From: Escherichia coli
Lineage (GTDB): Bacteria > Pseudomonadota > Gammaproteobacteria > Enterobacterales > Enterobacteriaceae
Assembly (NCBI GenBank): GCA_025544715.1
Contig: GCA_025544715.1_4109.5
Strand: one strand, 5' to 3'
Length of the DNA stretch: 23,806 nucleotides
Shown here: positions 6,529-13,226 of the stretch, piece after piece
Layout: every line of letters begins with the position of its first letter
Position numbering within the stretch: the first letter of the stretch is position 1
The notes under the pieces: model-generated
The model's database searches: none
Told to the model about the DNA's origin: nothing
What the model saw: the letters and a program-made list of their open reading frames with translations, nothing else
Made by a program: the position numbers and the translations under genes

Positions 6529-6753
6529 ATGGCTAATCATGATGACCTGATTCGGGAAGTAGCTAACCTGGCGGCAGAAAAGAAATCATTCGATTCTATC
6601 TATAACACCGCTCACCGTGATTCAGTACTGGCATCAACGCAAGATCAAAAAGATGAACTGATCGCCACCTATCATGAAGCATGGAAGTATTACCGCCAAT
6701 GGGAGAAAGAAGAAAGTGAGTCTACCATTGACGGCCTCAATAATCTAATCTAA
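6529..6753 (+). CDS. hypothetical protein (74 aa)
   Basis: ORF-track start 6484 is a TTG upstream of the hairpin; ATG 6529 follows AAGGAG RBS. Confidence 0.65.
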   Translation: MANHDDLIREVANLAAEKKSFDSIYNTAHRDSVLASTQDQKDELIATYHEAWKYYRQWEKEESESTIDGLNNLI

Positions 6754-6771
6754 AGTTTTATTTCAGTACTA

Positions 6772-6800
6772 TTGACAATACTGGATAGTACTGATATGAT
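6772..6800 (+). promoter_or_regulatory. sigma70-type promoter
   Basis: TTGACA (6772-6777), 17-nt spacer with AGTACTG, TATGAT (6795-6800). Confidence 0.55.
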
Positions 6801-6827
6801 AACTTTACTATCTAAAGGGGAAACATA

Positions 6828-7085
6828 ATGGAACAGTTCACACAATATCGGGTAAATCCTCAAGCTATGGCCTATGTAGAAGACCATAAAACATTACCAG
6901 TACTGCAACCAGTTAAAGGTCATATCTATCGTGCAATGTCATGGAGTAACGCCCAGGATGGATATACTACCGCCGCCGTGGGTATGTACTGCGGGAATGG
7001 TGAATGGTTTGATCCTAGTAATCCGGTAGCCATTGACAGTACTGAAAAAATGAAATGGGCCGACTACATCGAAGATATTTCATAA
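6828..7085 (+). CDS. hypothetical protein (85 aa)
   Basis: AAAGGGGA RBS then ATG. Confidence 0.65.
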   Translation: MEQFTQYRVNPQAMAYVEDHKTLPVLQPVKGHIYRAMSWSNAQDGYTTAAVGMYCGNGEWFDPSNPVAIDSTEKMKWADYIEDIS

Positions 7086-7091
7086 AACTAT

Positions 7092-7119
7092 TTGACAGTA
7101 CTAACCAGTAATGTATAAT
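7092..7119 (+). promoter_or_regulatory. sigma70-type promoter
   Basis: TTGACA (7092-7097), 16-nt spacer with AGTACT, TATAAT (7114-7119), GTTTTACATAGAG downstream. Confidence 0.65.
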
Positions 7120-7131
7120 GTTTTACATAGA

Positions 7132-7152
7132 GCGGGGGAATAGTTCTCCCGC
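7132..7152 (+). other. 5' leader stem-loop (GCGGGGGAA / TTCTCCCGC)
   Basis: identical to hairpin at 6158-6178. Confidence 0.6.
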
Positions 7153-7174
7153 CAATAGTTTGGAGTAAAACATT

Positions 7175-7375
7175 ATGTCTATCGCTATCGCCCTGGTTGA
7201 AGTACTGAAAGAAGCTAAAGCCAACCTTATCGATGTACAGATTAAGGAATTGCAAAATGGTTTAATCGGCTGTACTTGTACCGCTGGTGGAGCGGCAGAC
7301 TATCGGGAATTCGAATCACTTGAATCGATGGTCCGTTATCTTACCATGATCGTAGAAGATTGGAGAATCATCTAA
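7175..7375 (+). CDS. hypothetical protein (66 aa)
   Basis: GGAG RBS then ATG. Confidence 0.6.
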   Translation: MSIAIALVEVLKEAKANLIDVQIKELQNGLIGCTCTAGGAADYREFESLESMVRYLTMIVEDWRII

Positions 7376-7393
7376 CAAAAAAGAATAAAAAAA

Positions 7394-7415
7394 GGGATTG
7401 ACTCCGGTCAGTCCC
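7394..7415 (+). terminator. terminator-like hairpin GGGATTGAC-TCCG-GTCAGTCCC
   Basis: same hairpin as 2412-2433. Confidence 0.5.
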
Positions 7416-7426
7416 TTTGCTATTAT
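7398..7426 (+). promoter_or_regulatory. promoter embedded in hairpin
   Basis: TTGACT, 17-nt spacer, TATTAT (7421-7426). Confidence 0.55.
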
Positions 7427-7538
7427 ATACGCATAGACAAAAACTAGCCCACTGGGTGCAGGAGTGTATCCAAAATATATAGTTAATAACGGTGAGTAAC
7501 TATTTGCTGGTGGAGTGAAAACTATTAATAAAAAACTA

Positions 7539-7567
7539 TTGACAAAGTATATCAGTACTGCAATAAT
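7539..7567 (+). promoter_or_regulatory. candidate sigma70-type promoter
   Basis: TTGACAAAGTATATCAGTACTG then AATAAT; weaker -10 than sibling promoter at 5569. Confidence 0.5.
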
Positions 7568-7620
7568 GTATCTCGTAGGGCGGCAATGGTGCGACGGCCC
7601 ACAAAGTTAGGAGTAACATC

Positions 7621-7953
7621 ATGTCTACATCAATCGCTATCGTTAAAGCTTTCATCCGTACCAATGTTTCTTCTGTATTCATCGACGGTCTGGATCGGGA
7701 AGTAGAATACTCAATCATTATCGCACAGACTGCAAACGGTGCTCGGTACATCCTGAATGATAGTGAAGCAAATCACTACTACTTCACTAAAGCTACTGGC
7801 TTTAAACGCATCGATGCTGACGTAGTATACGCTAAGATGAATAAGCTGGTAGACAAGATTAACGCTAAAGGTACTATAGATTTACAGTACTGGAACGAAA
7901 CCGATCCAGAATACGGATCTCACCGCTACCTGAATCCAGGAATTAAAATGTAA
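7621..7953 (+). CDS. hypothetical protein (110 aa)
   Basis: TTAGGAG RBS then ATG; GC-rich leader hairpin upstream. Confidence 0.7.
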   Translation: MSTSIAIVKAFIRTNVSSVFIDGLDREVEYSIIIAQTANGARYILNDSEANHYYFTKATGFKRIDADVVYAKMNKLVDKINAKGTIDLQYWNETDPEYGSHRYLNPGIKM

Positions 7954-7960
7954 AAAGTAC

Positions 7961-7988
7961 TTGCATAGTACTTAGAATCAAGTATAAT
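7961..7988 (+). promoter_or_regulatory. sigma70-type promoter of the AAAAAGTACTTGCA class
   Basis: about 45 bp identical to promoter at 2527-2570. Confidence 0.6.
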
Positions 7989-8000
7989 GTTTTACATAGA

Positions 8001-8022
8001 GAGGGAGAAATGGTTCTCCCTC
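8001..8022 (+). other. 5' leader stem-loop (GAGGGAGAA / TTCTCCCTC)
   Basis: perfect 9-bp inverted repeat with ATGG loop; loop ATG is the spurious ORF-track start 8010. Confidence 0.6.
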
Positions 8023-8042
8023 CTAAATTAAGGAGTTTTATC

Positions 8043-8444
8043 ATGACCTTCTCAATCAATTCCTTCGCTGACGTTTTAGTACTGGCACGGACTTTCGGTA
8101 AAGATGCACTGGAGTACGCTGTAAGTAATGGCACTATCCAACCGGAACAATGCCGCATCATTGGAAACTGCAAACGTTGGGCGGTATCCAATACTATTGC
8201 ACTGGAAAACTTCAACGATGGCAACAATGAATATTCTGTTGATGTAGTATTCGAAGCCGTTGATCTCGGCGGTATCTATAACACTAACTTGAATGATGTG
8301 CGTATCGTTCGCACGGGGTTCGGTGCTTATGATGTATCTATCCGTGAAGCTATGGACAAGGGATACATTAGCAAGGACTTACTTGCTCACATCATGCAGC
8401 TGTGGACGGAACGTAACGAAGCACGTACTATCTTAGGGCTGTAA
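8043..8444 (+). CDS. hypothetical protein (133 aa)
   Basis: start moved from 8010 to ATG 8043, which follows AAGGAG RBS. Confidence 0.65.
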   Translation: MTFSINSFADVLVLARTFGKDALEYAVSNGTIQPEQCRIIGNCKRWAVSNTIALENFNDGNNEYSVDVVFEAVDLGGIYNTNLNDVRIVRTGFGAYDVSIREAMDKGYISKDLLAHIMQLWTERNEARTILGL

Positions 8445-8468
8445 GCAATACACATCACCAAACATCAT

Positions 8469-8488
8469 AGGCCGCTCTCTAGCGGCCT
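8469..8488 (+). other. GC-rich palindrome AGGCCGCT-CTCT-AGCGGCCT
   Basis: 8-bp perfect inverted repeat in AT-rich context; no U-run, so not a classic terminator. Confidence 0.35.
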
Positions 8489-8512
8489 TAACTATATCAG
8501 GAGGGCATACAT

Positions 8513-8722
8513 ATGTTCTATACCGTATACAGCGTTCTAGGTACTATTGCAGGCGTACATGATAACGTCAATGATGCTATGCGTACAGTACTGCAACAGG
8601 TTCCACTAAAGCCTAAGACTGTTAAGCAGATGACAGCACGACTAACCAGGGCGACGGATGGCGTGGAAGTATGGCAGGACTACGGGGATACACAGATAAT
8701 CGTTAGCGTAACGAAGGATTAA
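8513..8722 (+). CDS. hypothetical protein (69 aa)
   Basis: AGGAGG RBS then ATG. Confidence 0.6.
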   Translation: MFYTVYSVLGTIAGVHDNVNDAMRTVLQQVPLKPKTVKQMTARLTRATDGVEVWQDYGDTQIIVSVTKD

Positions 8723-8750
8723 TGCGTAAAGGGATCTAGTACTGATTCAG

Positions 8751-8816
8751 AAAAAAGTCAAGGCGTTTTTAAAATTATGCGTTAAAAAAATGCATAGGTA
8801 ATCCCTTGACTTTTTT
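8751..8816 (+). other. 13-bp perfect inverted repeat flanking a 40-bp spacer; possible bidirectional terminator or operator
   Basis: AAAAAAGTCAAGG (8751-8763) and CCTTGACTTTTTT (8804-8816) are exact reverse complements; inner TATGC/GCATA pair. Confidence 0.35.
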
Positions 8817-8913
8817 GAAATAAAAGGGATTGGACTATGGCAAAATGCGTAGGGGGCTAAAGGGCGGGTAACCTTAGCGACTTCGATAAAGGGGTATTAC
8901 GAATAAAATGTTA

Positions 8914-8941
8914 TTGACTTTTTATATGAATCGTATAAAAT
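8914..8941 (+). promoter_or_regulatory. candidate promoter for the paralog array
   Basis: TTGACT (8914-8919), 16-nt spacer, TAAAAT (8936-8941). Confidence 0.5.
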
Positions 8942-8971
8942 ATGATTGATATTAATTTTAAGGGAGTCCCT

Positions 8972-9169
8972 ATGCATATTTTAACTCAAGCAGAACACCA
9001 CGAAAGACTTATCAATAACATGGCTATGATAATGTATAAGTCACATGAACGTGGTATGTCCTATAAGCGTGAATTAGTTATGGCACTATTCATTGGGACT
9101 AACTTTCAGGAAAGGTATGTCAACGATTGGATTTGGTATTTAATTGAAGATATAACGAGTAAACTATGA
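8972..9169 (+). CDS. family-1 paralog 1 (LGTNYQ-motif small protein)
   Basis: AAGGGAG RBS then ATG 8972 (ORF-track start 8942 is upstream of the RBS); C-terminal LFIGTNFQERYV...IEDITSKL. Confidence 0.65.
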   Translation: MHILTQAEHHERLINNMAMIMYKSHERGMSYKRELVMALFIGTNFQERYVNDWIWYLIEDITSKL

Positions 9170-9366
9170 AAATGCGTAAATTAACCGAAAAAGAATATCA
9201 AGCACTGTTACGTAAAAACTACACAAAGATTTATAATACAGACTCACACGTAGAAAGAATGGAGTTATACCTTTTGATTACATTGGGAACTAACTATCAG
9301 GATGCATGGGTAACGAAATATGTGGATACATTGAAAAATAAAACATTGTCCACGAGGAAACAATGA
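9166..9366 (+). CDS. family-1 paralog 2
   Basis: ATGA overlap; ITLGTNYQDAWV motif. Confidence 0.7.
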   Translation: MKMRKLTEKEYQALLRKNYTKIYNTDSHVERMELYLLITLGTNYQDAWVTKYVDTLKNKTLSTRKQ

Positions 9367-9572
9367 AAACTATAACACGAACCCAATCATTCGGACTTAT
9401 CTTGAAATACATGGACTTAATGGTGGATATCAGCAAAGACCTGCCTAAAACTGAAATTGAAGTTGCAAGAGCAGAGATCCGCATGTTGGCTGTACTGAAC
9501 ACAAACCATCAGGAAGATTATGTTGAAGAATGGATTCATTTTTTAATAGAAGATATTAAGAGTAAATTATGA
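9363..9572 (+). CDS. family-1 paralog 3
   Basis: ATGA overlap; AVLNTNHQEDYV...IEDIKSKL. Confidence 0.7.
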   Translation: MKTITRTQSFGLILKYMDLMVDISKDLPKTEIEVARAEIRMLAVLNTNHQEDYVEEWIHFLIEDIKSKL

Positions 9573-9784
9573 TTATTATAGAAAACTCATATCAATATAC
9601 TGAACGCATTGCTGCCAGGCAACTTGAAATCCTCATAATATACGAAGAGACTTCTGATTTAAACTTAGCTGAGGTATTGGAAAATGAAATACTTTTGGGT
9701 GCATTCTTGGGAACTGACTATCAGGAGTATTATGAGCAAAAGTATTTGTCATCTCTTGAGAAATACATCAGGAGCAAATTATGA
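9569..9784 (+). CDS. family-1 paralog 4
   Basis: ATGA overlap; AFLGTDYQEYY motif. Confidence 0.7.
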   Translation: MIIIENSYQYTERIAARQLEILIIYEETSDLNLAEVLENEILLGAFLGTDYQEYYEQKYLSSLEKYIRSKL

Positions 9785-9993
9785 TTTTTTTAACACCTGA
9801 AGAATATAAGAAACGTTTTAATTCTGTCCAGACTGAAATATTACTTATATACCTTTCAAATGCAGACCTTAACTTATCAAGGGCAATGGAGAAGGATTTA
9901 CTTATGGGTGCATTTTTGGATACAGACTTTCAGGAGTATTATGTAGGGAAATACTTAATTGAACTTCAGAACTACATTAAGAGTAAACTATGA
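9781..9993 (+). CDS. family-1 paralog 5
   Basis: ATGA overlap; AFLDTDFQEYYV motif. Confidence 0.7.
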   Translation: MIFLTPEEYKKRFNSVQTEILLIYLSNADLNLSRAMEKDLLMGAFLDTDFQEYYVGKYLIELQNYIKSKL

Positions 9994-10208
9994 AACATTT
10001 AAGTAATATAGAGAAGAATAAAATTATCATAGCTGCAATAAACAAATATTTTACACTTCAACAAAAAGAATGTTTATCTATAAGGGAACACAGAATAAAC
10101 ACCACCGATGTACGCATGATGGCTGTACTGGGGACTAACTTCCAAGAAGGCTATGTTCATGAGCACATCGTTGCACTCACTAATTACATAATGGACAAAT
10201 GTAAATGA
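9990..10208 (+). CDS. family-1 paralog 6
   Basis: ATGA overlap; AVLGTNFQEGYV motif. Confidence 0.7.
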   Translation: MKHLSNIEKNKIIIAAINKYFTLQQKECLSIREHRINTTDVRMMAVLGTNFQEGYVHEHIVALTNYIMDKCK

Positions 10209-10417
10209 AACGTCTTAGCAGCAGAGAATATTCTGCTATATTACATAAAGCTTTACCTGAGTTACAAAACATCGAGACGACCATCCCTGAGCCAACGCGA
10301 GGTGTACTGTTTACGGATTGTATGTTATTACACTTCATGGGAACTAATCACCAAGAATCTATAGTATCATCTCTCATCAACGCACTTAAACTTGAAATAA
10401 GAGACAAATGTAAATGA
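10205..10417 (+). CDS. family-1 paralog 7
   Basis: ATGA overlap; HFMGTNHQESIV motif. Confidence 0.7.
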   Translation: MKRLSSREYSAILHKALPELQNIETTIPEPTRGVLFTDCMLLHFMGTNHQESIVSSLINALKLEIRDKCK

Positions 10418-10671
10418 AACACTTGACAGACGATGAATATTCACTTAGAATTCGAAAGCTCACCCCAGAAGCAAGAGTAATCTACGATGACGATGCACTT
10501 TCATGGGTAGAGATGAAAGTTAAAGTTAATGAGCTATGGTTGCTGTACTTTCTGGGGACTAACTATCAAGAGAAATATTGCACCGATTACATTGAACAAC
10601 TAATGGAACTTATACAGGAAAAACTAAATGATCGAATTGTGGAAAAATATGAAAACTTTATCAAGCACTGA
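10414..10671 (+). CDS. family-1 paralog 8 with C-terminal extension
   Basis: ATGA overlap; YFLGTNYQEKY motif; usual junction stop is missing, giving a 13-aa extension overlapping the next gene. Confidence 0.65.
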   Translation: MKHLTDDEYSLRIRKLTPEARVIYDDDALSWVEMKVKVNELWLLYFLGTNYQEKYCTDYIEQLMELIQEKLNDRIVEKYENFIKH

Positions 10672-10900
10672 GTATCAAACTGCCCTATTCTCTTTACTAA
10701 ACACCCTTCGCAAGAACAATGAACTTTATCCTTCCCCTGAGAATGATGTAGTTAATGGAGACGTGCTCCTTCTTAAATTCATTGGAACTGATAAACAAGA
10801 TACCTTCACTGATCGTTATATCAATGCACTAAGAAACCTTGTAGCATATAAAACCCGCAAGGCCCAAAGAGAATGGAAGAGACAATGCGACAAAGACTAA
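10628..10900 (+). CDS. family-1 paralog 9
   Basis: KFIGTDKQDTF motif; family-like N-terminus begins at in-frame ATG 10649, so the true start may be 10649. Confidence 0.6.
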   Translation: MIELWKNMKTLSSTEYQTALFSLLNTLRKNNELYPSPENDVVNGDVLLLKFIGTDKQDTFTDRYINALRNLVAYKTRKAQREWKRQCDKD

Positions 10901-11136
10901 ATCACAAAATGTATTGTAAACTATTACAATCACTGGCACAGAAACACTATGATACAGTATCTGAAATATTACCCTATGATATCATGCGTTTAATTCATAG
11001 TGAGGCCGAGATGCTTGTACTGATGAGAGGGACTGATAAAACAGCAATAGCCAGATCGATTGAGCAATATATTGATGCACACTGCCAACACATGAGAACC
11101 GAAATCTGGAGGAAAGAGAATGAAACTCCTGAGTAA
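10873..11136 (+). CDS. family-1 paralog 10 (divergent)
   Basis: LMRGTDKTAIARSIEQYI keeps G-T-D and spacing but loses the Q; overlapping frame. Confidence 0.55.
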   Translation: MEETMRQRLNHKMYCKLLQSLAQKHYDTVSEILPYDIMRLIHSEAEMLVLMRGTDKTAIARSIEQYIDAHCQHMRTEIWRKENETPE

Positions 11137-11353
11137 TTATGAATATTATAGTCTGTTGCGAACTATACAAGCAAAAGTTTCTAGTATTTCTTTAAACAAA
11201 TCTATTGCACAAGAGGACAAATGTGTTATAATGGCTGAAATGAAGTTAGCTCTCTTCGTTGGAACAAACTATCAAAACATCTACACTGACGTATTGTTAG
11301 CCAGCCTACGCAACAAGGTGTTATCCAAAAATGAGAAAATTACAAGGTGTTGA
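11120..11353 (+). CDS. family-1 paralog 11
   Basis: MKLLSNYEYYSLLR N-terminus; LFVGTNYQNIY motif. Confidence 0.65.
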   Translation: MKLLSNYEYYSLLRTIQAKVSSISLNKSIAQEDKCVIMAEMKLALFVGTNYQNIYTDVLLASLRNKVLSKNEKITRC

Positions 11354-11549
11354 ATATATTAAGCTTCTGAAAACCTGTGCAAGCAGAAGGAGAAAGATTC
11401 AAAATGATAAAAGCATCTCTATTGACCTTAAGCACGCACTAGTAACTGAACTCTATGTAGGTGCACTCTTAGGCACAGACTATCAACAAATGTATGTAGA
11501 CATGTGGATTGAGGCTCTACTGAAAGAGGTTAAAAGTAAATGCAAATGA
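11331..11549 (+). CDS. family-1 paralog 12
   Basis: ALLGTDYQQMYV...KSKCK. Confidence 0.65.
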   Translation: MRKLQGVEYIKLLKTCASRRRKIQNDKSISIDLKHALVTELYVGALLGTDYQQMYVDMWIEALLKEVKSKCK

Positions 11550-11785
11550 TTAATTTAACTTATATTGAATATCAAAAACGTTTAAATGCATCCAGAGATA
11601 TAAGGATTCAAATATTCAATAACAAAAGATTGAAGCCTGATATCAGGAAAATCAAAATCATAGAAGCAGAGTTGTGCAACTTTTTAGGGACGAACTATCA
11701 GGCAGGTAAGGTAAAAAACTATCTTAGAGAACTCATGAATAGTATTGAAAATAAATGCAAGGATAATGAATATGAAAATGATTAA
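11540..11785 (+). CDS. family-1 paralog 13
   Basis: NFLGTNYQAGKV motif; in-frame ATG 11546 would give the usual ATGA overlap. Confidence 0.65.
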   Translation: MQMINLTYIEYQKRLNASRDIRIQIFNNKRLKPDIRKIKIIEAELCNFLGTNYQAGKVKNYLRELMNSIENKCKDNEYEND

Positions 11786-12011
11786 ATTATCTCAAGCAAA
11801 ATATAAAGAACGCCTGGTGAAAATTGCACCTGGACTTAATGAAATCCATCACGGAGAAGTCATTAAACATGGAAATAAGATGATTATGAAACTTGAGTTA
11901 AAGGTGGGTGCATTCATAGGAACAAACTATCAGGAGTATTATGTAGATGAATACATAATCGCACTTAAGAGATACATTGGAAGAAAACTATATCTACAAA
12001 CTAAAGAATAG
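11772..12011 (+). CDS. family-1 paralog 14
   Basis: ORF-track start 11745 is TTG; ATG 11772 follows AAGGA; AFIGTNYQEYYV motif. Confidence 0.6.
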   Translation: MKMIKLSQAKYKERLVKIAPGLNEIHHGEVIKHGNKMIMKLELKVGAFIGTNYQEYYVDEYIIALKRYIGRKLYLQTKE

Positions 12012-12040
12012 TATTGAAAATAAATGCGAGGATAATGAAC

Positions 12041-12304
12041 ATGAAAATGATTAATTTAAGTAAAGATGAATATACCGAGCGTATGGCAAAAATCTCAACT
12101 AAACGTAACACACTCTATCACAACCCAGAAATTCAACACAGTAAGAAAATGATTATGATGCGTGAGTTAAAGATGGGAGTATTCTTAGGAACAAACTATC
12201 AAGATACAGAAGTAAATCGCTTAATTTCGGAGTTACTAATGGAAATCAGAGGTAAGCTGTACTTTCATCAAATTACCCAACCACTGAGGTGTACTAAGAA
12301 ATGA
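12041..12304 (+). CDS. family-1 paralog 15
   Basis: ORF-track start 12014 is TTG; ATG 12041 follows GAGGA; VFLGTNYQDTEV motif. Confidence 0.6.
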   Translation: MKMINLSKDEYTERMAKISTKRNTLYHNPEIQHSKKMIMMRELKMGVFLGTNYQDTEVNRLISELLMEIRGKLYFHQITQPLRCTKK

Positions 12305-12516
12305 TCAACATCACATTGCAAGAAAGATTCATCCGAATCAACTATGCAATTACCAAATTAGATGCTACTATAGGATTCCAAAGTCTACCATATAAAACCA
12401 GATTGTTATTAGAGTGTGAAGCTAAGTTGGGTGTACTGTTAGGGACGCAACACCAACAACGATATGTGGAAATCTGGATTGACCTTTTAACCCAAAATAT
12501 ATATGAGAGAATGTAA
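12301..12516 (+). CDS. family-1 paralog 16
   Basis: ATGA overlap; VLLGTQHQQRYV motif. Confidence 0.7.
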   Translation: MINITLQERFIRINYAITKLDATIGFQSLPYKTRLLLECEAKLGVLLGTQHQQRYVEIWIDLLTQNIYERM

Positions 12517-12753
12517 ATGCAAAATGAAATGATATACTTAACGAATGAAGAATTTCAAGAGAAGATGTTAAAAACCAAAAACATTAATCTTAAGTTCGTT
12601 CCAAATCAATCAATATCTGAAGTATCTGCAAATGTATTGTTTCAGAAGCTACCATACTTTCTTGGAACTGATAAACAAGAATTTATGGTTCAAAATATGA
12701 TTGAACATCTTATGATGAGTATTAAGGAAAAAGTAAATGCAAAAACAAAATGA
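12517..12753 (+). CDS. family-1 paralog 17
   Basis: starts right after upstream stop; YFLGTDKQEFMV motif; N-terminus MQNEMIYLT shared with next gene. Confidence 0.65.
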   Translation: MQNEMIYLTNEEFQEKMLKTKNINLKFVPNQSISEVSANVLFQKLPYFLGTDKQEFMVQNMIEHLMMSIKEKVNAKTK

Positions 12754-13003
12754 AATGATATACTTAACACCTGCTGAGTTAACAGAAAGACTAGTTAAAT
12801 CCAGAAGATATACAAATCAACTTCCTCACAACCCAAACCAGACCCCAGCCGAAAGGAGTGCAGAAGTTTTATTCCAATCACTACCATACCTTCTTGGAAC
12901 TAATAGACAAGAGTATCATATCGAACGTATAATTAGATATCTTAAAATTACTATTCAGGAAAAGATACATGAACAAGAATATAAAAATCTTTACGGTCAA
13001 TGA
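12737..13003 (+). CDS. family-1 paralog 18
   Basis: YLLGTNRQEYHI motif; N-terminus MQKQNEMIYLT. Confidence 0.65.
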   Translation: MQKQNEMIYLTPAELTERLVKSRRYTNQLPHNPNQTPAERSAEVLFQSLPYLLGTNRQEYHIERIIRYLKITIQEKIHEQEYKNLYGQ

Positions 13004-13226
13004 ATATCATGATATTATAATGAAGACGAATATTGTAAATTCTAAAATTTCAAATACCAAGTTCATCCTTGAACATACATTAGAAGAACGACAATTGATA
13101 TTAGTTGAAGCAAAACTTCTTGCACTATTAGGTTCTAACTATCAAGACGAGTACATAAGAAAACTAATATACCTTTTAACTAAACATATCAGAAAAAAGA
13201 CACATGAAACACTTGACAGACGATGA
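12969..13226 (+). CDS. family-1 paralog 19
   Basis: ALLGSNYQDEYI motif. Confidence 0.65.
   Translation: MNKNIKIFTVNEYHDIIMKTNIVNSKISNTKFILEHTLEERQLILVEAKLLALLGSNYQDEYIRKLIYLLTKHIRKKTHETLDRR

Larger units (their letters stand above)
7388..7470 (+). repeat. intergenic module copy 3
   Basis: about 90 percent identical by eye to copy 1 at 2406-2488. Confidence 0.8.

Noticed and set aside
2406-7470. Three-copy module as an insertion sequence or MITE
   Set aside because: No transposase ORF, no terminal inverted repeats and no target-site duplications were seen; it behaves as a regulatory cassette.
2577-7610. tRNA or other structured RNA genes at GC-rich hairpins (2577-2602, 7575-7605, 8469-8488)
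   Set aside because: Only single stem-loops are visible, with no cloverleaf arrangement or conserved T-loop/anticodon-loop features; tRNAscan was not run.
5311-8042. ORF-track ATG starts at 5311 and 8010
   Set aside because: These ATGs sit in the loop of the leader hairpin (..GAAATGGTTC..); the RBS-supported ATGs are 33 nt downstream (5344, 8043).
484-8227. Minus-strand ORFs in the track (484-777, 855-1109, 1359-1661, 3655-3837, 4764-5024, 6149-6397, 7536-7751, 7943-8227)
   Set aside because: Each lies antisense to a plus-strand gene that has a promoter and RBS; none has its own start signals.
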